Shown here: piece by piece, positions 49,684 through 63,023 of the stretch | How the letters are laid out: every line of letters begins with the position of its first letter | Numbering within the stretch: position 1 is the first letter of the stretch | Assembly: GCF_006345805.1 (NCBI RefSeq) | Contig: NC_043014.1 | Span: 33,108,001-33,172,000 of the forward strand | DNA: 64,000 nucleotides | Reading direction: 5' to 3' | From: Octopus sinensis | Taxonomy: Eukaryota | Notes under the pieces: generated by a model | What the model was told of the DNA's origin: nothing | Database searches by the model: none | The model's input: only the letters and a program-made list of their open reading frames with translations | Position numbers and translations under genes: made by a program

Positions 49684-50264
49684 GAAGCACAGTATGAATA
49701 ATGAAGAAAGGCAAGGATATTTTACACAAGCCATATTGAGAAAACAGGTTAGAAGAGGTAACCTGACTGAAGGAATTAACAAGATTTCCAGGAAGTTAAA
49801 GGATTATGAAGAAAACTGATAGAAAATGATCAAGTGGAGAGATTGGCTAATACTGTACCACAGGCTGTGAATTTCCACAGGTTCTACTAGTTATCATTAA
49901 CAAAAATGATTTCTACTGTAGACACAAGGCCTGGAATTTTGGGGATGAGGGCTAGTCAATTATATTAATCCAAGTGCTTGACTGCTACTTATTTTATCAA
50001 CCCTGAAAGGATAAAAGGCAAAACTGGCTTTGGTAGAATTTGAACTTAGAACATAAGGCTGGCAGAATGCCACTTTATATCAATGATAAAATAATGGTTT
50101 CAAATTTTAGCACAAGGCTGGCAATTTCGAAGGGGAGAGACTAGTAGATTACATTGACCTCAGTGTTCAATTGGTACTTTATCGACCCCACCGTTCATTC
50201 AAAGAGAACCTTGTGAGTGGATTTGTTAGATGAAAACTAAAAGCAGACTGTATGTATGTGTGTG

Positions 50265-50738
50265 TGTGATATATTTAACCTCTCTGTAATCTCGCGCACA
50301 GTTATATGACAATCAGATTCAATTATTGCTTTGATTCGGTCATTATCAACTTCAGTAGGTTGTCCAGAACGTTGCTCATCTTTGAGTGAAAAATCTCCAG
50401 AACGGAAATTTTTAAACCATTTCTGATATGTGCGTTCTGTTAAGCAATTTAACACCATAAACTTCACATATCTCTTTGTAATCCTCAGCAGCTTTCTTAC
50501 CTTTTACAGAAATATAAAAGCAAAATATGGCGAAAATGTTCATTTTTGCACTCCATGTTAAAATTGACACTGAACTAACAGTGGTAAACAAAATTAAGTT
50601 CAATTTGCTTCTAAAGTAAGCTAAAAGTAATGGTCATCAAATGTTAAAAGGAAAAAATCCTAACATTTACAAAAGTCATTAAAAAAAAAAATTGTAACTT
50701 TATTCTCGAAAGATGAAATTACTTTCTTACAAGCCCTG
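50265..50738 (-). mobile_element. 5' half of a mariner (one TIR plus N-terminal HTH region)
   Basis: MECKNEHFRHILL..KKAAE..EICEVYG..QKWFKNFRSGDFSLKDEQRSGQPTEVD. The TIR-like end TA|cagggcttgtaagaaagtaatt is at 50738. Confidence 0.8.
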
Positions 50739-50939
50739 TATATATATATATCATTGCTATTATGTTAAACTGTCATGTGTTCAAATTTGGTCAAATGCAT
50801 TTTTTTTTCAATATTTATTTTTGCTTGCAATAGCAAGTTTAGTACATCGGTTTTGCTGTGGAATGGTGAAACTATTATTTTCTTTTTCTGAAAGAACTAC
50901 GTTTTGGACTTATGATACTTTTGTTGCATAATAGCAATG

Positions 50940-50977
<38 letters not shown>

Positions 50978-51336
50978 GTATATATATATCATTGCTATTA
51001 TGCACCATATATATATATGGTGGAATGTTATAACAGCTGATTTGGTACCACTTTTAAAATGTGTATTATCTTTTTATATGGTTTCTACTGGGATAGATAA
51101 TAAATATATTTTATTTCTTGCGTAAGAATCTTTAGTGATAAACCTGTCATTTATAACTTAATTTATAAGTATTATCACTATAACTAAATCTCAACTGAAG
51201 CTACATAAACGCTGTAGTGAAACTATATATATATATATATATAAATTCTTATAATTATGAGTATAATTGTAATTAGGGTTCAGCAAAAAAATTAATTAAT
51301 TAATTTTACCCTTTATTATTATTGATATTATATATT

Positions 51337-51370
<34 letters not shown>

Positions 51371-51610
51371 CTCAAGACACTCAACGTCCAACCCATGCCA
51401 GCATAGAATAAGGATTTTGTGGTTTTGTGGTAAGTAGCTTGCTTACCAAACACGTGGTTCTGGGTTCAGTCCCACTGCGTGGCACCTTGGGCAAGTGTCT
51501 TCTACTGTAGCCTCAGGCCAACCAAAGCCTTGAGTGAATTTGGTAGATGGAAACTGAAAGAACCCCGTTGTGTGTGTGTGTGTGTGTGTGTATATATAAA
51601 TAAAATGTGA

Positions 51611-51815
51611 CCGCGCGCGTGTGTACCGTTGGCGAATTTTTTTCCTCTGTCTTCGCTTCTCTGGATCTTTCCTTCTATGTTTCCGACGAAGAGCTCCGCT
51701 CAAAACATTAATCCTTCCTTCTTTCCTGAGCGTCCAATAATACTATATTTGTTCCACGTCCTCGTGTTGTTGTGTTTTTTGTGCTTTCTTATTTGGATTA
51801 ACTATATATATATAT
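51611..51815 (+). mobile_element. Related Penelope-like repeat nested in the (TA)n/(TG)n core of a SINE
   Basis: ttt-CCGACGA-A-GAGC tcc GCTC-AAAAC-ATT-aa, followed by cctgagc..tacta as in the 29.6-kb copies. Confidence 0.45.
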
Positions 51816-54012
51816 ATATATGTATATGTCTGTGTTTGTCCCTCCACCATCGCTTGACAACCAATGCTGGTGTATTTACGTCCCCATAACTTAGCGGTTC
51901 GGCAAAAGAAACCGATAGAATAAGTACTAGGCTTATAAAGAATAAGTCCTGGGGTCGATTAGTTCAACTAAAAGGCGGTGCTCCAGCATGGCCGCAGTCA
52001 AATGACTGAAACAAGTAAAAGAAATATATAATATATATTGCATAGTCATCTGCAACAAAATGTATTGTGATAATATAATTTTCTGATTTTGCTACTTGAC
52101 TAGTAAATTTGAGATATGGGGTTTGTTGATACTATCTACCCTAGCACTAAACTGGTACTTTATATCAGCCCTGAATGGATGCCAAGTATCCTTTCAGGGT
52201 TGATAAAATAAAGTAGTGCTCCAGCATGGCCACAGTCAAATGACTGAAACAAATAAAAGATATGACTATTATTTGCAAGGTATCAATCTATCCATTCTGC
52301 CATGATGATGATGATAATTCTTTGTAATTTTTGGCACAAGTTTTGAGTGGAGAGAAAGCCAATTTCTTTCCATCGGTCATAGATATCTTTGAAAGGATTT
52401 TGGACATTGTTTTTATTCCTTCTAAAAAAAAAATGTTTTTGGAAAAAGTTAAAGGGCAAAGCTGACTTCAGCAGGATTTGAACTCAAAACAGTGATGCAT
52501 TGTAAGGGCATTTGTCATGTTGATCTATCATTTCCATCACTGTGCTGTCTTATAATGATAAATTCTTTCTGATTTTGGCACAAATCATTGAGCTGTGGTC
52601 ACGCTTGCTGGGGCACCACTTTGAACAGTTTAGTCAGACAATTGACTCCAGTACATCCCCCCCCCCCGTTCTTTTGTTTTTTTAAGTCTAGGTCTTAAAC
52701 TGTCAGTCTCTTTTGTTGAACTGCTTAGTAGCAAGATGACAGAAAATCATGAAGAGCTTCCATATAGCTTTCATCTACCAGGTTTACTCACAAGGCATTG
52801 TTTGGTCCAGGGAGATACTTGCTCAACATGTCTTGCAGTGTAATTGGTAGCAAAGTGAGCTTCATAATCACACAGCCATTAGGCTCTGAAAGAGGTCTCA
52901 GGGAGCAGAGTCCCTGCCTTTCTGAGCTAGTTTTCCACTACACTTCTTAAAAATCATTGTAGAGGCCTTGGTCTTGGGACCACTCATGTCTGAGGTTGGG
53001 GGTAAGCAAGGGCATGCTCTCTGTAGAAAATTCAACTCCAAAAAAGCCTCATGATAGCAAAGGAGAATGGGCACCAGCCAGCCCAGAGGTTGGGGTTGGC
53101 TGCACCTACCTACCTCGGTTGCTATGGTATTGAGGTAGATCCAGCCACCCCCATTAACTGGGAAAAAGCCCAGATTTAAAACACTGGATGATGATGATGT
53201 CTGCTTAATTATTAAATCAATCCCAGTATTTCATTTGCCCTGTAAAGGATAAAAAGCAAAAGTTAAGCTAGCAGTATTTGAAATTGGAATGTAAAGAACC
53301 ATAGAAAATTCTTATTTCTTTATTGCCCACAAGGGGCTAAACATAGAGAGGACAAACAAAGACATTAAGTCGATTACATCAACCCCAGTGCATAACTGGT
53401 ACTTAATTTATCGAGCCTGAAAGGATGAGAGGCAAAGTCGACCTTGACGGAATTTGGACTCAGAACTTAATGGCAGACGAAATACCGCTAAGCATTTCGC
53501 CCAGCGTGCTAATGTTTCTGCCTGCTCGCCACCTTTAAAAAATTCTGCAAGGCATTTTGTCTGCTGTTTTTAAGACAATGAGGGTGCCAACTGATCCGAT
53601 CACTGGAACATTCTGCTCATAAAATTAAACTTGCAAGTGGCTGAGCACTCCATAGACATGCGTACCCATAAGATAGTTCTCAAAGAGATTCAGCATGACA
53701 CAGAATGTGACATGGCTAACCCTTTCGATTACATGTACAACTCCTTTTTGCCAGCTGAATGCTGGAACAACATGAAATAAAGTGCCTTGCTCAAGGACAC
53801 ATAGTGCCACTAGGAATTGAACTCGTGACCTTACAACCAAGAGCCGAATATCTTAACCACTAAACTTTGTGCCTTGTGCTGTTTTAATGATTCTGCCAGT
53901 CCCCCTCTAATGTTGATTTCTGACGTAAGCTGAGTTCATCATATAGATGGTACAACTTAATCCCTTAGCATTTAAATTGGCCATATCTGGCCAAAATATT
54001 CTGTTTTAGGTT

Positions 54013-54436
54013 TTAGGCAGCAAGTTGGCAGAAACGTTAGCATGCTGAGCGAAATGCTTCACGACATTTCGTCTGCCACTACGTTCAGAGTTCAAATTCC
54101 GCTGAGGTCGACTTTGCCTTTCATCCTTTCAGGGTCGATTAAATAAGTACCAGTTACGCACTGGGGTCGATATAATGGACTCAGTCCATTTGTCTGTCCT
54201 TGTTTGTCCCTTCTGTGTGTAGCCTCTTGTGGGCAGTAAAGAAATAGATATTTTGTCTGCCGCGATGCTCTGAGTTCAAATCTCACTGAGGTTGACTTTG
54301 CCTTTCATCCTTTTGGGATCAATTAAATAAGTACCAGTTACACACTGGGGTCGATATAATCAACTTAATCCGTTTGTCTGTCCTTGTTTGTCCCCTCTGT
54401 GTGTAGCTCTTTGTGGGCAGTAAAGAAATAAGATAA
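54013..54436 (+). mobile_element. SINE family B 1.75-mer
   Basis: A full unit followed by a 5'-truncated unit, with a single 13-bp TSD tctgttttaggtt at 54000-54012 and 54437-54449. Confidence 0.85.
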
Positions 54437-54705
54437 TCTGTTTTAGGTTCAAACCGGTCAGATCCTGCTTCTCACACCTACCCTACAATATCATGTTCTA
54501 CTGAGTGTTTCTGATATTCATGATAATATCGATAACAACTGTGTGTACACACACAACATATTTAAACTACATGTCAATGCACTTTTGAAATTATGGAGGG
54601 AAAGGGAGTTGAATTTCTATTGCAAAGTAAACTGATAACCGACTTCCTGATAGTGGTGGTGGTGGTGGTGGTGGTGATAGGGAATTTGATAGTTGGGTTG
54701 TGATG

Positions 54706-54741
<36 letters not shown>

Positions 54742-54967
54742 AATGAAAAATGGTGAGGTGAGGGTGGTGTCAAAAGAACTCTTTCACTTCAGGAAATTAT
54801 CCTTTTTTCTCTCTCTCTCTACCCCCTCCTCGCTATGCTATTACAACCACTACTATCACCACACCATCACCACCACTGCCAGCATGCCACTTGTCCCTTT
54901 ACCTGGTATCGAGATGATGCTGATAGGTGCAGAACTGAAGACTTTGAAAGAGATTGCATTTCATGCC

Positions 54968-55005
<38 letters not shown>

Positions 55006-55418
55006 TGTTAAGGAAGTGATTAATTGAAATATGATAAGTAGGTGAGGGATGAGGAGGAGGAGGAAGATTTGTTTGAGATTGTAAGAGGAGGAAGGGTACT
55101 ATATAACATACTTTGAGATATCGTGATTGGAGTGAAAAGTGTGGGTGTTGGAAGAATACTGAACAACTGCTCACCTATTATTTCAGTAATTATAAGTATT
55201 TAACCCTGAAGCATTTGGATTTCTTTGTCAAATGTAATGCTTAATTTACATTGTTTTGAATTAATTGTGCATTATAGCTTCAAGATTTCAGTGATGTGAT
55301 TGTTTATTTTTAGAATGACACTGTAGGGTAGGTTTGAGAGGTTGGATTTGGTCAGCTCTAGCATAAAACAGAATATTTGGGCTGAATGGTTAAATCTTCA
55401 TAGTTATCTATTTATTAT

Positions 55419-55838
55419 GATAGGGCAGTGAGCTGCCAGAATCGTTAGTACGCCGGACGAAATGCTTAGTGGTATTTCGTCTGCCGTTAGGTTCTGAGTT
55501 CAAATTCCGCCGAGGTCAACTTTGCCTTTCATCCTTTCAGGGTCGATTAAATAAGTACCAGTTACGCACTGGGGTCGATGTAATCGACTTAATCCGTTTG
55601 TCTGTCCTTGTTTGTCCTCTCTGTGTTTAGCCCCTTGTGGGTAGTAAAGAAATAGGTATTTCATCTGCCGCTACGTTCTGAGTTCAAATTCCGTTGAGGT
55701 CGACTTTGCCTTTCATCCTTTTGGGGTCGATTAAATAAGTACCAGTTACGCGCTGGGGGTCGATGTAATTGACTTAATCCTTTTATTTGTCCTTGTTTTT
55801 CCTCTCTGTTTATCCCCCCTGTGGGCAATAAAGAAATA
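55419..55838 (+). mobile_element. SINE family B 1.75-mer
   Basis: A full unit followed by a 5'-truncated unit, with a single 17-bp TSD agttatctatttattat at 55402-55418 and 55839-55855. Confidence 0.87.
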
Positions 55839-56849
55839 AGTTATCTATTTATTATAATTATTAAATATTAATATTTTCTTCAGAAAGTAACTGTTTTTTT
55901 TTTTTTTTTTCTTTTTTGTTTTCTTTCTTGAAGTTGGAAGGTACATGGCCTTTGCAGAAAAGGTTGGTTAAGTTCAATGACCTTCTTGAGGTAGATGCAA
56001 ATAGGTCAGGGAGTAGGTGTGAGAGAGAAAGAGGGAGTACACTTCTGTTTCATCCTGTACCCAGCTCCCTTTGTTTTGAGGGAGTGGGGGGGTAGTTCTA
56101 TAGTAGAGAGGGAGGGAACAGTTGTGTGTTTCATAATTGTTTATCTCTGTTGGGGTTCACTCATCTCCATTAATGCCATGACATAGAAAAGAGATTATAA
56201 TTGATAACACATGAGGAAGATATTTTAGTTATTTGCATTAGGCAACATTTGAGAAATTATCAATAATTACAGAACATGAGCTCTAAATAATTACTACTGA
56301 TATTGCCTTAATACCATGTATGTTTTAAAACGTACATACCTCTCTACCTCTTCCTGAGGTTCCCTACAGAGATTGGCACGTTTCTTCACTGCATAAAGAA
56401 GTACTGATCTCTTAGCTTGATGCCTCATCTCAAGTACAGCAAATTGACACAACTCCTGGTTAATTTATTCCACTTAGTGAACTTTTTATAACGTCATAGA
56501 CGCAAACATGACTGCATGGTTAAGAAGCTTGCTTTGTAAGCTTTTAGTTTCAGGTTCAGTTCCACTTAGTGTACACATCTTGGGCAAGTGTCTTTTACTG
56601 TAGCCCTGAGCCAACCAACACCTTGTGAATGAATTTGGTAGACAGTATAGTGTGTGTGTGTGTGTGTGCAATTGTTTGTCACCTCTCTTGACAACCAGTA
56701 TTGGTTTGTTTATGTCCATGTAACCTAGTAGCGTTTCCTCTCGTCCAACTCTAAAATCACATTGACTTATAAGAGGTGTCCCAGCCATGGCCATATTTTT
56801 TTATATTTTAGTTTTTGAGATGACTACATTGTTCAGTACTTCTTTTTTG

Positions 56850-58030
56850 TGTGCCCATAGGGTGTGATCTGTGGAAGAGGTATAGGTAGAAACTCCATAA
56901 GATGTACTCGGTGCAGCAATATCAAAGGAAGGCTGACTGGCAAGATAGATTTTGTGTGTGGCAAATGCTCAGGGGCCATGAATACTGAAAATGTGCAAAA
57001 AACATCCCCCGTCACATTCCAGGGGGAAAAACTACAAGTTGTTGATAGCTTCCATTACCTAGGATGACCAAGTCAGTAGCGGGGGCAGTTTCTCTGAGAG
57101 TGTAGCTGCTAGAATAAGAATAAGCTGGGCAAAGTTCAGAGAGCTCCTAACTCTGCTGGTGACAAAGGGCCTCTAGCTCAGAATAAAAGGTAAACTGTAT
57201 GATGCATGTGTGTGAACAGCCATGCTACATGGCAGTGAAACATGGGCCGTGACTGCTGAGGACATGTGTAAGCTTGCAAGGAATGAAGCTTGTATGATCC
57301 GCTGGATGCATAATGTCTGCATACACGACAGTGTAAGTACCCCGAGAGAAAAGTTGGACATAAGAAGCATCAGATGTGGTGTGCAAGAGAGACAACTGCA
57401 CTGTATAGTCATGTTTTGCATATGGATGAGTACAGCTGGGTGTAAAAGTGTCACACCCTAGCAGTAGAGGGAACCTGTGGAAGAGGTAGACCCAAGAAGA
57501 CCTGATATGAGGTGGTGAAGCACGACCTTCAAACATTGGGCCTCACCAAGGCGATGACAAGTGACTGAGACCTTTGGAGATATGCTGTGCTCGAGAAGAC
57601 CCAGCAAGCCAAGTAAGACCCTAACTGTGGCCTATGCCAGTGCAATCATTGGGCAATAAACTACACTTGATGCAAGTGAAGTCTTTGTTATGGCTAATGA
57701 CAGTACCACCTGATTGGCCCTCTGCTGGTGGCACGTAGAAAGCTCCATTCAAGCGTGATCGATTCCATTTCCAGCTGACTGGTCCTGTGTCGATGGCACG
57801 TAAAAAGCAGCATTCGAGCGTGACCAATGCTAGTACCACCTGACTGGCCCTCATGCCGGTGGCATGTAAAAAGCACCCACTACACTCTCGGAGTGGTTGG
57901 CATTAAGAAGAGCATCCAGCTGTAGAAACATTTCCAGATCAGATTGGAGCCTGGTGCAGCCTTCTGGATCCCCAGTCAAATCGACCAACCCATGCCAGCA
58001 TGGAAAATGGACGTTAAATGATGATGATGA
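56850..58030 (+). mobile_element. RTE-clade LINE 3' portion: Cys-rich finger, C-terminus, repeat-containing 3' UTR, (GAT)n tail
   Basis: ICGRGIGRNSIRCTRC..FVCGKC, VVDSFHYLG, MLHGSETWAVT, EKLDIRSIRCGVQER. The ORF end is followed by GTGGCACGTAAAA units and gcatggaaaatggacgttaaatgatgatg. Confidence 0.85.
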
Positions 58031-59921
58031 TATATAAAAAAGAGTATGTGTGTGTGTACGTATGTTCCTTATGCATTCGAAAACTAAGTTGCCGATTTTG
58101 ACATATAGGGTATCAAAAGATTCAGTAATCTTTCAACTACCAAATAAATTTTTTCATTTACATATTTTCTACATTATCTCCATAACCAGCTATAGTTACT
58201 TGAAATACATTGCTCTACAACAACCAGGTTTTATTAGGGAGTGAAAATAGTTTGTTATTCAATTTGAACCAAAATTATAATGTTGCATTACAAGAGTGAC
58301 AGTGTGTGAATAATGAAAGTAATGTTTCTCCGAATTAGTCACATGTACTAAAATAAAGAAAGCTGCTTATCTATCTACCAAATAAACTGTTTTTAGCACA
58401 ACTCTTTTTCATTACTAAAATAACTTTGGAAATGAGGTCAGGTCAAGCAATTTTGAGGTCATCTTTGGGTAATATTTCAATTTGCTTCAAACGTTTCACT
58501 TTTGTCTGATGTTTCACACATGTGTAGAATTCTACTCAGGCCAACATTTATGAAAATGTACACATAAATATTGTATTAAAATAAGCTCCAGCCAAAAACT
58601 TTCATTAAAAGACATCTATTTCTCTATATGTTATGAGGAAATACAGTCACTCTCTCTCTCACATGCACACGCACACATACATACAAAAAAGATGTATGCA
58701 TATGTATTTATGTATGTGTATATGAAAGATAATGCGTGTGTGAGAGAGAGAGAAAGCGAGTAAGTGCCACTTACACATACATGCAAAAATGTACATAACA
58801 CACCTTCTCTCTCTCTCTCTCATGCACAAATACACACACGCACATGTCCATTTCATATACACGTACATACATATTTCACTTTCTGCATTCATTTCAAAGC
58901 AAAGTCACCTTTTCACTTTCTCCTATTTCAATTTCTGCTCTCTTCAGTGCATAAGGAAATAAAAAAAAAATTAACAATCATATGATCAACCATATGATCA
59001 AGTTGACAACTTTGCTGCTTCAAATGAAAGAATGCCTTAAAATAACTTCCTTTGGCACACACGTGCATGCATACATACACCCTAGGTAAAACTTCTGCAC
59101 GAATTATGTTATTTCTTGCTGTATGCACATGCAAAATTACAGCTGAAATCCAATTGAAATTACCTTTTTCTATTCTGTAATTTGTGTTTGTGATGAGTGT
59201 ATTTAAAAACTTGATCTTTGATTTTAAACTTAAAAGGAGTTTTCTCAGAAATTCTGTCCATTACCTGTTGTTTCTAGCATGTCCAAGGTGACATTTGCAC
59301 CCCCACCCACCCACCCCTTTTTTCTCCCTAAATTTCTTCCGATTCTTATGATTTTGACACAGGAGATTAGGATTTCACCCAAAAAACATGTTCTCAATAT
59401 TTTCTCACCTTCCTCACTCCAATTTCTTCATTTTTTAAAAACTTTTTTCCAAATTATTTTCTTGGTAATCCATACAGAAAAAAAACAGAGTACAAATCTT
59501 AAACAATTTTCTTCTTCCTTTTTTTCTTAATGAAACACTAAAATCTCCTTCCCAAACATCCACCCATCACCTCAGCACTTTCAAAAAGCTACAAACTTCC
59601 AATGTTTCACTTTAAGCTTTTTGGAAAGTGGGTAAGTTTCTTCAGAAATAATGTCATTTACCTGTTGTTTCTAGCATGTCGGGTTTTCTGGTGGTGCCCT
59701 AATATTTTTTATGTCTGCTATTTCAGTACAATTCTACACATGTGTGAAACATCAGGTGAAAGTGAAACATTGGGAGGTTTTAGCTTTTTGAAAGCGGGTA
59801 GGTGATGGGTGGGCAAGGTGGGGGAAGGGGCATTGAGTGTTTCTTTAAGAAAAATTAAACTTTAAAAAAAATATTTCCAGATTTGTAATTTCTGTATTTT
59901 CCTAAGAGGATAAAAAAAAAA

Positions 59922-60111
59922 AAAATTCTAAAGAAGTTAGGAGTGGCTGTGTGGTAAGTAGATGAACCACATGGTTCCAGGTTCAGTCCCACTGCGTGGC
60001 ACCTTGGGCAAGTGTCATCTACTATAGCCTCAGGCTGACCAAAGCCTTGTGAATGGATTTGGTAGACGGAAACTGAAAGAAGCCTGTTGTATATATGTGT
60101 GTGTGTGTATG

Positions 60112-60149
<38 letters not shown>

Positions 60150-60339
60150 CACACACACACACACATATATACAACAGGCTTCTTTCAGTTTCCGTCTACC
60201 AAATCCATTCACAAGGCTTTGGTCAGCCTGAGGCTATAGTAGAAGACACTTGCCCAAGGTGCCACGCAGTGGGACTGAACCTGGAACCATGTGGTTCATC
60301 TACTTACCACACAGCCACTCCTAACTTCTTTAGAATTTT
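59922..60339. repeat. Near-perfect palindrome (arms ~209 bp) centred on (TA)n
   Basis: aaaattctaaagaagttag + SINE A head, mirrored by SINE A head (rc) + ctaacttctttagaatttt. Only about two differences were seen. Confidence 0.92.
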
Positions 60340-60399
<60 letters not shown>

Positions 60400-62320
60400 A
60401 TATGTATGTTTACGTACCCGTTCAGCAAAAGAGACCAATAGAATAAGTACTACGCTTACAAAGAATAAGTCCTGGGGTCAATTTTCTCGACTAAAGGCAG
60501 TGCTCCAGCATGGCCACAGTCAAATGACTGAAACAAGTAAAAGAGTATTAAGAAATTGTGGTGGGGATGGGGGTAAATTAAAATTATAAAAAGGTGATTT
60601 CTGAGCAAAATCGTATTAACCCCCCTTTTATATGATGAAACAATACATAGTTTGTGATCCTTCTTAAGAACAGGAAGCACTTTTATGCAAACCCATGCAA
60701 ATTGTACCTTCCCCCACTTCACTTTTAAACAAACAATAACTTCCATTACACCAGAAATCCGGTTCACTATATTTCAGCTGTGCTGATTCTGCCCATAAGA
60801 AAGGAACAAATAATACAATGTGGCTGTAGGTCATAACATCCAGGCAACACCAAATGCATTGTTAGTCCAACCATAAAAACCAAACCAAAACAGACTGGAG
60901 CCTGGAGCAACTTTCTGGCTAATCAGTTCCAGTCAAACTGTCTAACCCATGCCAGCATGGAAGATGAACACTAAATGATGATACATTTGTTACTAATCTC
61001 TCCCTTTCTCTCACTCTCTCTCCCTCTCTCGCCATCCACCATTTTCACTGTCCACTATTCCTGTGAGGGTTATGGGTTAGAATTCTCAGGCAACTTTTCC
61101 ATAGCATCCTATCAGAAACAACTGTCGCAAAAATTTTTTTCTGGATTCCCAGCCATTATCTAGTGAGACTATGGATATTGTCCTGGGACCTTCCCACTTG
61201 TGGTCTAATCCTAGGTCACTTGTCAGTTGACTTGGCTTGATGAATCTTGCGATCCTTTATTGAAGCTTTCTAATCATAGAACTGGAGCTGTGTGTATGTG
61301 TTCCAAACCGCATGGTTCTGGATTCAGTTCCATTGCATGGCACTTTGGGCAAGTGTCTCCTATGACCTCAGGCTGACCGAGGCCTTGTGAGTGGATTTGG
61401 TTAACAGAAACTGAAAGAAGCCCGTCATCATTTAACATCCGTTGTCCATGCTGGCATGGATTGAATGTTTTGACCAGGACTGGCGGCTGGCAAGCTGGAA
61501 GGCTACACCAGACTCCAGTCTGTTTTGGCATGGTTTTTATGGCTGGATGCTCTTCCTAATGCTAACCGCTCTGAGAGTGTAATGGGTGCTTTTATGTGCC
61601 ACCAGCACATGTACCATTTGTGTGACACCAGTTTTACTTGGCTTGAAGGGTCTTCTCAAGCACAGCATAATGCCAAATGGACTTGGCCATTGCCTCTATG
61701 AGGCCCAGAGTGAAATGTTGTAGCAAGGGGTCATGTGAGAGAGCAAAATTGTTGTTGGAGAGGAAATTAGTCAGCTTCTCTTACATCAATAAGTAAGGTC
61801 TCTTTCATTAACCATTTTGATGCCAACCTGCCTAGCATGAATTAATCATGCTTTATCTCATAGCTTTCAGATTTTGATGAGGTAACTGTTAATTTTTAGA
61901 ATGATATTGTAGGGTTGGTGTGAGAGGCCAGATTCCTCAAGGAATTCTTTCTAACCCATATAAGCATGGAAAAGTGAATGTAAAAATGATGAAGCAATAA
62001 CTATGGTAATTGGTAATGGTTTAGAGATGACGGAGCTTATTTTAAGACAAGTTTTGGGTTGAGATCATCATCTTTTTATCTTTTGCTTGTTTCAGTCATT
62101 AGACTGCAGCCATGCTGGGGCACCACCTTGAAAAACTTTTAATCAAATTTAAAACTTACACATTTAGAATTCCATTTCTCATTATAATCATTTTCTTTGT
62201 CCTTTTGGGCCTCTCTGTTTCACCTCCATTTACCTAACTAGGCAATAGGTACTGGAGGTGGAGTGAAGTAAATTATTTGCACCCAGGAGCAGCAATAGAT
62301 ATCCCTCTTCACATGTTTAA

Positions 62321-62536
62321 CCCTTTAGCATTCAGATTATTCTATCATATGTAATGTTTATTTATTCACATTGTTTTGAATTAATCATACATTATCTAGT
62401 AGCTTTCAGATTTTGATGAGGTAACTGTTAATTTTTAGAATGATATTGTAGAGTTGGTGTAAGAGGCCAAATCTGGCCAGTTTGAACATAAAACAGAATA
62501 TTTTGGCCAGATATGGCTGGTTTAAATGCTAAAGGG
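62321..62536. mobile_element. piggyBac-like MITE, second family
   Basis: TTAA|CCCTTTAGCATT ... AATGCTAAAGGG|TTTG. Related copies lie at ~380-603, 53958-54490 (split by a SINE dimer), 55200-55390 and 61810-61935. Confidence 0.65.
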
Positions 62537-63023
62537 TTTGATGTAAATTAAAACTTTCCAATAAAATTTCATGTTAATAACCATTTGATGTTTAAAAAAT
62601 CCTTTTGATCAATGTTGTTTTAGCCATGGCCATTTTTTTTTTAGTTTTTTTTTTTTAAGATTTCATGTGTCTAATGAGGGTAGGGTATAATTTGAGGGAG
62701 ATTTGACTGATTTCTAGCAGGTTAAGCAACAACATAGACCTCCATATTGCTAGATATGAAGTATTTAACACTGTTGTTGTTTAACCCCCGAAGTCAATAG
62801 ATCTCTGAAATGCATTCCAGCCATAATCTCATTATCCAACGTATTATTTCCTTAGACAGTGAGGATGTGATTTGAGAGAGATATGGCTGCTATTTTAACC
62901 ATGTAGAAGCACCTTCATGTGATTGTGGTAAGATTCGTGGTGATGGAGAAGGTGAGATGGGAGGTAAGACCCTGAATGTTGCTAAAGATTTTTTTAACCC
63001 TTCTCTCTTAATTTCTGTTACAG

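Larger units (their letters stand above)
41205..63023 (+). other. Intron 1 of E2F4/5 (~21.8 kb, GT-AG, phase 0), filled with transposable elements
   Basis: Lies between two in-frame E2F exons that together give a continuous DNA-binding domain. Confidence 0.9.
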
